DNA from: Antedon mediterranea
Lineage: Eukaryota > Animalia > Echinodermata
Reading direction: 5' to 3'
NCBI RefSeq assembly: GCF_964355755.1
Contig: NC_092670.1
Location: 7,244,201 to 7,308,200, forward strand
Length of the DNA: 64,000 nucleotides
Shown here: positions 14,601 through 26,600 of the stretch, piece by piece
Layout of the letters: the number at the start of each line of letters is the position of its first letter
Position numbering within the stretch: the stretch's first letter is position 1
Made by a program: the position numbers and the translations under genes
The notes under the pieces: model-generated
Seen by the model: the letters and a program-made list of their open reading frames with translations, nothing else
The model's database searches: none
Told to the model about the DNA's origin: nothing

Positions 14601-17600
14601 CTCTGGAGAAATTATTGAGGTAGAATCTAACTACACTTCTGGTAATATTATGTTTCCAATTGGTGACACAACAGTCCAATACAATGTCTCGGATTCATCT
14701 GGTAACTTCAATGACAGCTGTGTTTTTGTTATCACTGTTGAAGGTAGGAAATACGTTTTGTTTTGTACAGTTACGTAAGACAGATTTGACCAATAAACTT
14801 ACTCCATGGTGCAAATCTACTTAGTTTTATTTATATTTATCATCAGCTGAATGTTTAAATTGAGGAGTGGGTTCTATTTTACAAAACATGAGTTTGAAGC
14901 ATACATCCTCTATTCTGGAAAATGTTCAATTTCAAATTTTAACAATAACCAAATTATTAACCAAGTTCTGAAGTTTCTTCCACCAGGTAGTAGGTATTGA
15001 GTGTACTCCGAGAATAATTGTGTTACTAAATGTTTATATTTTTTTTTGCTCAGATGTTTTGACATTGACATTGTTTAAAAAAATTGCATTTCATTTTCTG
15101 TTATATAACAATTCTTTTTTTTTAATAAGTTACTTAGATATTTAACTGAATTTGTATTATCAGATAATGAAGATCCAGTTTTCAATGTGTGTCCAAATGA
15201 TACCACAGTAAACACTACTACTGGACTACCAACTGCTAATGTGTCGTGGATTGAACCCACAGCAATGGATAACGCTGGCATATCGATTATCATTTTTACC
15301 ATGGCCCCGGGAAGTATTTTTCCAATAGGTGATAACATTGTAATATATGCTGCAATTGATTCAAATGAAAACTTTGCTCTATGTTCATTTAGTATCACTG
15401 TAGAAGGTATGTTTTTTATATTTTAAAAATAATAATCTAATTTGATTGATCTCAATTGATATTTAATATGAATTCAATTGTATTGATTAACTTTGGTAAC
15501 ATTAAACAAAAATATAAAAATAGTACAATTTAACGATGCAAATAAGGAACATAAATAAGGAACATTTGACATAGTTCCTAGTTATGTTTTACAATGTTTC
15601 GGAAGTTTAGATATGCGATAATCTTGTGTTTGTACGTTTTTTTGCTTAGTTTTTTTTTTACTTTATTATTTTTGTTTCAACTTATCAGCAAATATGAAAT
15701 CAATTTACTTATATAACAATGTGCATCAATAAAGTACAATACAACGAGGTAAATAAGAAATATTTGTTTGCAACATTTATTGTCAAAATGTTAGATGATA
15801 ACTTAAATGTGTTATTTGCACGAACACTAATTGTTTGAATAATCAACATGATCAGTCACACGCTTCACGATCTACTCACACAAAATTGCCTTTTTAAAGA
15901 TATGACTCATTTTTTATCCTATTTAAATCATAATTAACAAAAGTTTTAAATCAATTAAAAATAGTATTTTGATGTTATTTGTCACTAGTAATAACAACTT
16001 AAGCATTTATATTTTATCTGATGTTGCTGTAAATTTTAAACGTGTGATGTCGCAATCTTTAAATTTGCTTTTCTCAGTTAAAATGTCTTTCCACTTATCT
16101 TTATTGAAAAAATATGCTTCTCTAACAGAACATTCTGTTTATTTTTTTTAGATAACGAACGTCCAATGATTATCTGCCCAACAAATGTCACTTCAAACAA
16201 TTATATTGGATTAGACAATGGACTAGTAAGTGTCAAAACAGATGAAGGAAGTCCAAATGCCACAGTCACTTGGGATCCTCCTTTAGCAAGTGATAATAGT
16301 AATGAAACAGTGACTGTTGTGTCATCGCCATATAAATCAGGAGACATGATTCCAATTGGTATTCACCCAATCACCTTTACAGCAAATGATTCCTCTGGTA
16401 ATTTTGACACATGTGACTTTACTATCAAAATTGAAGGTAAAAATAAAAAAACTTTTAAAGAATTGTGTAAACAAATGAAAAATGTGAATGATGCAATACG
16501 AATATTATTTGAAACTAAATACTAAACCTACTTGTAGTTTTTCAACAATAACCGCCTTTTTTAATCAAATTTTTCTTTCACCAAGTGTAATGATGTGTGT
16601 TATTCGAGGTTACTTTTGTATTTAAATTTTATTTTAGTTAGTTTTGCTGCTGTTGTTTAGATGTTTTGAGTTTATTGATTATTGTATTTATTTTTTACTG
16701 TGTATAAAATAGTGGTGCATGTCATAATCCACCTTTTTACTAAATTAAGGACACTAGACTAGCTGCAATTGTTTACGTTTTATAAAAATAATGCGCGCAT
16801 AAGTAAGTTTTAAAAATTATGAAAAGTTATGAAAATATCAATCCGCGCGCGATGTATGTTAGGATTTAATATCGGGCCGCTTAAATGATTAGAAACGACT
16901 TATTTTTTCACACTTTTAACCGTTTTAAGACGAAAAAAGTATCGCAATAGGTCCATATATTTTTAAAGTTTTACATAAAATGTAGTGACCTTAAATTAGG
17001 TCGAAAAACGTAGGTCTAGTGTCTATAAATAATGTCATATTAAAGCGTATTTGAACTTTAAAATGTAACGGAGTTTATATTAATATTTATTATCAGATAA
17101 TGAAGAACCAATATTATATACGTGTCCAATTAATGATACTACAGTAAACACTACTACTGGACTACCAAATGCTAATATTTCTTGGATAGAATCTACAGTA
17201 ATGGATAACTCTGGCATAGTGATTACTACAGGAGGTCTTTTTCCAATAGGTGATAACCAGATAGCATATGCTGTAGTTGGTTCAAATTCAATCATTGTTG
17301 TCTGTACATTTATTATCACTGTGGAAGGTATGTTTCTAATATATATCCAGTACTTACATAATACATATTTTGCAATAATACAATCTAATTTGACTCTCTT
17401 GATAATATAAATTCAAATAAACTAAATAAAAATCAGTCATACGCTTCACTATCTACTCACACACAATTTTGTATTTTTTAAAGATGTGCTACTATGACAA
17501 TCGTATTTATTATCTTATATAAATTCTATTTTGAAAATCAAACGTTAATTTTTTATAGTATTTAATTGTGTATCAATTAAAAATAGTATTTTGATATTGA

Positions 17601-20600
17601 CTGTCATTATAAATAAAATAATGAGTTGATGTTAGAATTTTAAATTTGCTTTTTTTTTCAGTTAAAATGTTTTTCAAATCAGGTCTTACTTTTAATGTTA
17701 AATATGTAACAGCATTTTTTTACCAATTCAAAATATTATTTTGATGTTGTTTGTCACTAGAAATAAGATCATAAGCATTCATAGTTTATCTGATGTTGTA
17801 TTAAATTTTAAACGTGTGATGTCGCAATCTCCCTTTTGCATTTCCACATAAATATGCTTCTCTAACAGAACATTCTGTTTATGTATATCTAGATAACGAA
17901 CGTCCAATGATTACCTGCCCAACAAATGTCACTTCAAACAATTATATTGGATTAGATAATGGACTAGTAAGTGTCAGCACAGATGAAGGAAGTCCAAATG
18001 CCACTGTCACCTGGGATCCTCCTGTGACAAGTGACAATAGTAATGCAACAGTGATTGTTGTGTCATCGCCATATAAATCAGGAGACATGATTCCAATTGG
18101 TATTCACACAATCACATTTACAGCAACTGATTCTTCTGGTAATATTAACACATGTGACTTTGGTCTCAATGTTGAAGGTAAACATAAAATATTTACTTTT
18201 TCCCAAATTTACTTCTACTAAATCCTACTAATCACAGAAAAAATCATGACAAATCTGATCTTATGTGAAAGGGTTATTTCAAGTCAAAAAGGTCAACATT
18301 TTACCTTTAGTGTTATCTTAGAACTTACACTAAGGATAATTTTTTTAATAAGAAAAAGTATGGGTTTTTTTATGAATAAAATAAACTAGCATAGTGTGTT
18401 TGCAAGCTATTTCATAGTCTTAGAAACCTATAACGTACCTCAATGCTGTTTTGATTTTAGATGTAAACAGTTTCGAATGTTTTTATTTTTAAGTTATGTT
18501 AATTGTTGATTTAGCCCAGTTTTTTTTAAAGATTACACTAAATATCATCATATTTAGATTCAGAAGCCCCATATATTATCAATTGTCAATTGGATATGAC
18601 TGTTAACACAACATCTGGTGAGGCATTTGCCATCAATGTCACATGGATGGAACCAACAGCTACTGATAACTCTGGAAAGACTCCTGTACCGGTAGCAGAC
18701 TACACTTCTGGTGATAATATGTTCCCAATTGGTAGCACAACAGTTCGGTATAATGTGTCAGATTCAGCAGGAAGCTTTAACGAAGATTGCAATTTTGTTG
18801 TCACTGTTGAAGGTAGTTTATTTTTTTGTTGTACTAATTTAGAACAAAAATGCAATTAAAAGTACTAGTATGATGTCCGAACATAACATGCAAAATGTTC
18901 AGTAAAGTCAGTTGAAATATTTTAAATGTTCTCTTTTTATTTATTTTATTACATATTTATTTTGTAATGTAATTAATATTATTATTATTTAGTATATTAT
19001 TATTTAGTCCTTTGTACTACCTAATATTCTGTTATTGTCTTATTTTCTTTTTAAAAGCAGCCTAACATACTTTAAAATGTGTTTTTATATTAGATATTGA
19101 ACGCCCAGTTATTGACTGCCCAACAAATGTCACGTCAAACAATTACCACCAAACAAGTTTTGGTTTACTAGTTATTAGCACGGATGAAGGAAATTCATTT
19201 GCCACGGTGACCTGGAACCCTCCTGTGACAAGTGACAATAGCAATGGAATAGTGACTGTAGTGTCATCACCATATAAATCAGGTGACATGATACCAAGTG
19301 GTGTTCACACAATCACCTTTACAGCAACTGATCTTACTGGAAATAGTGACAGTTGTGATTTAAGTTTCCGGGTCCAAGGTATAAGGATTTTCAAGAATTT
19401 AGTAAATGTAATAACCTACCAACTTATGAACACATTATCAATGCAATAGAAACAGAAGATAATAACATTAAATGTGTGTGTGTTATGAAGAAAACATTTA
19501 GCATACAAAGAGGTTACACTGGTAACATGTGGTGATATCGGAGTATCTGATAAAAACAGATATAACCTCTATCAACACATTCACACTTGGATTTAGCTCT
19601 ACTCTCTCTATACCAGTAGTACCGAATTAAATGTTGAGCTTTATTTTGATCATGATACTTTTTGGGTAAGATAACTTGAGAATGATAATTAAAATTAAAA
19701 ACTGAAGGAAACAGAAAACTTAACCTATTTTAAATTAACAGCTTAAAGAAGAATACAATTTTACAAACAGGGTTCAATTGTGATTTAGTGATATGTTTTA
19801 ACTTATGACTTAATCCACTCCCTACGTCCAAATGTTAATGATATAAGAATGTCATTGGTGAGGTACTTTCTGCTGAATACAGTATACTAGTTTTTTTCAT
19901 TTAAATAATATTATTTTACAGGAGATTTCATGTTTGTGACCAACATTGGTCCTCCAGGAATTTATATGTCAAGTATAGATTCCGGTGATACCACATCTTT
20001 AACCTTTACTGCAGCAATTCAGAAAGTTCAACTAACCAACCCAGTGGCTATTGATTATGATGTCACCACCTCAGCGCTATACTGGTCTGACGTCACCACG
20101 TCTTCAATTGAATATTATTCATTTGTCACAAAACAACACAAAGTTTTAGTTTCTTTTGAAACCGGAGGTAAGAGCAAATTATTATTTTCTATCTTATGTC
20201 GTGGATTCCTTTTAAAAATAGGTTTTCTAGATAGATATGTTAACAAATATGTTGTGTTTAAAGGTTACCTGATGTTGGACATATTGACTATCGTTATGTG
20301 ACCACATTTTTATTTTATTTGCACTAATTAACAAGGAAATAAAAAATTTGACTGATAGTGGGCGCTACAACATATGACGTAATCAAAGGTCCACAGAGCA
20401 ATGTTTACATGCTGAAGGTTGCGATGATGACTGCAGACCAGCCACAATAAGTAAGGTTCTTATTTGAGCCTGAACGAACATTTCTAAGTGATTAAGAGGA
20501 TAAAAGTGGTATGATAGAGTAGCCTTATTGATAATCAGTTTGATTTTGGATGATAGGACAGGAGATAATGATTGGTGTAAAGGGGTAAACTACATGCTGC

Positions 20601-23600
20601 ACTGAAGTGGTGTGTTGGAAGTTGAACGTTTTACTGATAATTAATAATATTGGTACTAACGATTACACTATTTTAAATTAATTTACTATTTAATAAAACA
20701 GTAAATATAATTACTAACAATATCACATCCTCAACCTAAACACACAGTAGGCCTACTTCTTGTAGTAAGGTCTAGTGTTTATAAATCAACAAGTTGTACG
20801 TCAGTTTCTCATCTGGCGAACAGTCGTGACCAGTCGAGCGTAAAAAACAGAAATAACATAGCGTTTTCAGGACAAAATGTTAATTAAAAGATCGTTCTTA
20901 ATCATTCGTATGATAAACATATTACTGTCAAATGTTCTTGAAAGATTGGCCTACATCATTGTATGATTGAAAAAAGGGATAATTATGAATTTATTTAAAA
21001 TTACAATATGGACAGATTCATGGAAAGTACCATTTAATACAAATAAAACCAAAGTGATGATTATTAAAAAAAACGGAACCGTTTAACCTAAATATAACTT
21101 CGGTACAGATATAAATGGCCTACTCACCTTGGAGTAACTTTTACCTCAAACTAACATAATACTTACATTTGAGTAAAACCTCACATGCTCTAAATTTATA
21201 AAATCATTTTAAAGAAATTATGTCAAGACAAGTTCTCTCTAAGTTGTATCTCGCACACTTAAATGGAAAACGCTGCTCCTGTATGGTATGGGATAACATT
21301 TCCAAATATCTTAGCGAAAATTTGGCCAAATTTCAAATTAGTGCAGCCAGTATATGTGTTATGTTTCGTACACGCTAAAGACACTACAACAGTACACTGG
21401 TACAATAGACACGACTCAGTCAGGTGTGGATTCCAAGTGAACGAGGCATTTATTAACAACAGCCTATTATACTATTCTACCAATAATATCAATGCGCGTA
21501 GACCAATCACCCATGTCTTAATACACAACATTTCTCCCTTTTTAATTTGGAAACCTATTTTCACATTTTGTATATTTTTTTTTTACAGATTTTCAATACA
21601 TTTTATTAAAATTAACAATACACCAAAATCTTAACACAGAGCTTATACGCTGAATAGTCGAATGGATCAATGAACGTTAGTTATTAAATATGTACAACCA
21701 AACATAATACTACAGTAAATACTGCAAAGATGACTGTCTATAGAGTTATATTTTAAAATGACTACAAAGCAAATTCAATCATGCTGCTAAACAAACAATA
21801 CTATAGAAACATTATCATTCAATAATGAAACCGATCTGGCGCTTTGCGCACTCTGGTTGACCTTCTTAACACACTTGGTTTAGTAGCAACATTACTTTTA
21901 ACATTATCATTTATACAATTTTCTTTAGTCTGTTCAATAGCATCATTACTTTTAACATTATCATTTATACAATTTTCTTTAGTCTTTCTACTCAAAATTT
22001 CTTCTACTCTCTTATCTACATATTCCGTATCCATATCTTCCCCTTCTTTATTTTCAAAATCTACATTTACACCTCTATCTTTAATTTGATCAACATGTCT
22101 TTTCCAAACCATTTTATTTCCAACATCAATTTTATAGTTTAGAGGACCTTCCTGGTTTACAACAACACCAGGAACCCACTTAGTTTGTCCTATATAATTT
22201 CGCACATAAACCAAATCGTTTGTTTCGTATAAACGCAACTTTCGATCTCGCTTTGTGTAAATTATTTCTCACAGAATCATTAATATTGGGTCGAAGGATA
22301 TCTAATCTAGTTCTTATAGAACGGTTCATAAACAACTTTGCAGGCGTCTCTTTAGTCAATGAGTGTTCAGCATTTCTATAAGAAAGCAAAAACCTGTCTA
22401 ATTTAGTTTGCGGATCACCTGAATCATTTCGAGCAGCCCTTAATCCTTGTTTTAAAGATCATGGAACATGGTATTTGATGTTTATGTAAAATAGTAGTAT
22501 TATAGTTGTTCTCCTTGATGGATATTAAACAGACAATAAATTAAAAGTTTTCATGACATAATTAAAGTGTTTTCTGCTATTTCGCGCAACTGCTCTCAGT
22601 TCACGACTATTCGGGTTTTTTCGGCATTTTCCGGTAACCTCTGATAGTGACGTCATAAGATGAAGAAACTTTTTCGCCCGCCTGAGCTGTACTGTACAAA
22701 CTAGGATGTCAACACGTATTGCGTATGATTTTGACAGTTCTTCGTCAGAGGAATTAGAAGAGGAAACATTGATAGTGGAATGCGAAACTGAGGAGAATGA
22801 AGGAGAAACTATTTTGTTTAACAATCGAAATATTGAATGGAATGTCGATGAAATTAATTCGGCCGTACATGTACGAGCCCGATTGTAGTTCTGACGATTC
22901 TTCATCATCAGAAGATGGCGACCGTCACCTAGCTAGTAGGCCTAGGCCTACCTACAATTCAAGCAGAGAATATTCAACTTCAAACCCAGTTATTAAATTG
23001 GTTAGTAGTACTATCTCTATTAAAAATTAATGTATAACTTTATTGTATAATTAACAATTCCCTAGTAGATAACTACGATATTCTTCCGTCATGCCAGTGT
23101 GTGTATTGTGGCTTAGTTTAGGCCTAGCCTAGATAGAGGCTAGGCCCTACTGTACTTTACTCCAATTCATGCGGCTAGCCCTCTCACCGGTGACGGTCGG
23201 CTATCGTCTATAAGCCTACGGCCTAGATTGAATTTTTTTAACGAAATAAAGATTAGGCTAAATTGAATCGTAGAAAGCAAAAATGTACATTACGGTATTA
23301 GACTGACCATTTTATTTAACAAATTTGCACTTTGTTGTTTGAAATAGGCCTAGGGTAGGCCTAGATTGATAGACCCACCCCTAAGGCTAGCCAAGATGCA
23401 GATTTATTTTCCTATTTCACACACAATACATTAAATTAATCATTAATAATCACTAAAACTTTAAAAATATTTAATATAGCGCCCTATAAATTGTGACATC
23501 TCAGATTATTGTAGCGCTCTAGAGCGCTACAATATTATTATTACAAAATATTTTTGTTTTTATAATACAGGTGTGATTGTGGCCATTGCCAGATGCTACC

Positions 23601-26600
23601 CACGTATCGCGAATGTCGATGTTGCCAGGAAGTAGGCCCTATTATTTATTAATCATAGGCTGGAGGAAGGTCAGACAATTTACAATACGGAGAAGCCTAC
23701 ATATGCATCACTGAACATCCTGGATTCACTGCTGCCTGTTTGAATTTGCATGTGTTGGAAATTGCATGGCTGCATTACCGCCAACAGTATGACACACCTG
23801 TTGAAGCCTCAAAACATAAACGTCTGAGACATATTGCGTACCGGCAACTCGCCAGATGGTGTTGGGGGTTTTTGGGCCGAAACCTAAGGGTAGTCTTACC
23901 ATCATGTGCCGTTTCCTGCATAAGAGCCCACTTCCCACCACCAGGTATGGAAGATGATTTCCAGTTTGCTGGATTTTTGGATTGAATAAACATTTAGCAC
24001 CAACTTGTATTGAGATTACAATTAACCACATACAATTATTTACTGTACTTCATAAAGGAAAGTATTGTACACTGTATCTGATAGAAATAAAATGATCATA
24101 TAGAAATAAAATATACATTTCTCTGACACAATTTATTAAAAAATTATGCACACAAGTGATTATTTTGTTTATAAAACTGTTGGCTCTGGATTGTGGTGCT
24201 GTATCCACATAAACAAATGGCTTTTAATCTTTCACTAAAAAAACGAAATAATGATTTATAATAAAAAGCATGATGGAATGTATCTCATTTCTTGGAGTAT
24301 GTATTATACTTCTTATTTGAAGTTGATCAGTGGACCTTTTGGCTGCTGATTTATTTACTGCATAATTTTTGCCTTAGTTCACATTTGGAAATCTTGTGAA
24401 GTGGTTGGCAATAGCGGTCTCTTTGTCGGGGCGTTCAAATCCTGAACAGAGTTGGGGTGGCGCATCAACAACATCAACATCTTCTGCTGTCCCTTCAACA
24501 ATGCTCATTACCTCCAAGATGAGGTCATCCACATACCCTGCGAAATAATAATACGGTACTGTAAGAACAAAATCATTTGTAAAAGTGCAATAAGATTATA
24601 TAATTTATAATTTGAGTTTTCAAAAGCAAATTTCAAATGGTTCAATTTTTGTTCAAATCAATAGAGAATATAGTGCAATCTGTCATGCAACTTACAAATT
24701 ATTGCAGTCAGCTTGTGCACAAGCTATATTTTTATGAGGGCAGAACAACTCCCCACCTGAACTATTATGCTGGGGCTTTCAACACAGTACTACTAGCCTA
24801 GGCCCTTTGTGTTGCTGATTTTAAAACCGAATTAATCACCTAGGCCTACTACTCTACTATACTAGAAAGAAGTACTACCTAAGGCCTACCTTTTATTTAG
24901 TTAATCGACACAACAACTTCAGTTTTACTAATTTTTTTATTGCGTTTAAAAACACGATAATAATGCATTCGTATAACTGACTGTAACTAACCATTCCAAA
25001 GTTTGGGTCCGTAATTGAAAATGTAAACCTAGGCCTAGGACCATGTATTGTTGGTCTGGTCAATTTCCCCACGACGTTCTTCGCGTTGGTCCGCCTCGCC
25101 TTCAGAATCGGTGAGATCGGGCTCTCATATAGGCCTAGGCCTACGGTTGAATTAATTGCATTCAATAACACTTTCTTGCGTATCCATAACGTCGTCTCCT
25201 TCATCTTCATCAATTTCGAATTCATAATGGATAGTTTCCTCTTCAAAATCAGACTCCGAACTGTCGAGATCGTACACAATACGTGTTGACATCTTGCCGA
25301 TACAGTACAGTTTGTATACAATAGATGCGTCGCGACGACCAGGGCAGTGCAGTGTGTTCATCTTATGACGTCACGATTTATCGCCTTGGATTTCCTGCTT
25401 CCAAATTCGACTTCGGAGATATAAACTCCGATGTATGTAAATCATAAAAAATTCATAATTTACGCTTATAGAATTTATTTTATCAAAACGTACTAATAAA
25501 ATCAACATATTCAGACCCAAATCAGCCAAAAAACGTTATACATCAAATACCATGTTCCATGATCTTTAACGATTGAACAAAACGCTCTGCTTGTCCATTC
25601 GTACTAGGATGATAAGGTGCAGATAATTTGTGACTAATACCATTCATAGCCATAAAACTCTTAAATTCCCCAGACGTAAACTGTGGACCATTATCAGACA
25701 CTAGAACTTGTGGCAAACCATTCCGGCTAAACAAAGTTCTCAATACCCCAATAGTTTTATGTGAAGTCGTAGATTGCATAATAAAAACTTCGGGCCACTT
25801 TGAAAAAGCATCGACCACAATCAGATATGTAAGACCCTCAAAAGGACCCGCGAAATCTACATGTACACGTTCCCCAGGGTTAGAAACAGGTAACCAAGGA
25901 TGCATAGGCGCAATGGTAGGATTATTTTGTATACGCTGACATGAGTCGCACTTTTTCGCAGTTTCCTCAATTTGCGCATCTAACAACGGCCACCAGAAAT
26001 GAGAACGCGCTAACCCTTTCATTTTGACCACCCCAATATGGCCTACATGCAATTCCTCTAAAACCTGTTGTCGCAATTTTGGTGGAATTATTACCCGGAC
26101 ACCCCATAACAAACAACCCCCTTCAATAGTCAGTTCGTTTCGTCTGTTAAAGTAAGGTTTCAAACTCTCATCGCTTTGGGGCCAACTTCCATCCATAAGA
26201 TAACGCATTACTCTAGATAATATTACATCTTTACGGGTATTATTTCTTATTTCGGCGCTAGTTACCGGAAGAATCTTACTAGAACCAATATGCGCAACCG
26301 AAATTTCGCTATGACGTGGGGGACCCTCAACCGGTAATCGGGATAAACAATCCGCGTTCGCATTCGCTTGACTGTTCCTAAATTTAATATTATAATCAAA
26401 CCCAGACAAATAAAGAGCCCATCGCTGGATTCGCTCAGCAGCCAAAATTGGTAACCCTTTCTTCGGACCAAATATAGTAGTTAGGGGCTTGTTGTCGGTT
26501 ATTAAAATAAACTTTCGGCCATAAATATAGGAATAAAACTTTTTGCAAGCATACACGATTGCCAAGGCTTCTCTTTCTAGTTGCGGATAATTTCTTTCGG

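Larger units (their letters stand above)
22456..25565. mobile_element. Kolobok-type DNA transposon, internally deleted / non-autonomous (3,110 bp)
   Basis: 26-bp perfect TIR AGATCATGGAACATGGTATTTGATGT (22456-22481 / 25540-25565); TTAA duplicated at 22452-22455 and 25566-25569; AG...CT termini; convergent KolX-like and transposase-remnant genes. Confidence 0.88.

Noticed and set aside
23571-23985. Host P2RX7 gene
   Set aside because: Only the cytoplasmic Cys-rich domain is present; it is frameshifted and enclosed by TIRs.
22456-25565. piggyBac assignment because of the TTAA target
   Set aside because: Termini are AG...CT rather than CC(C/Y)...GG, and the cargo is KolX-like, which fits Kolobok better.
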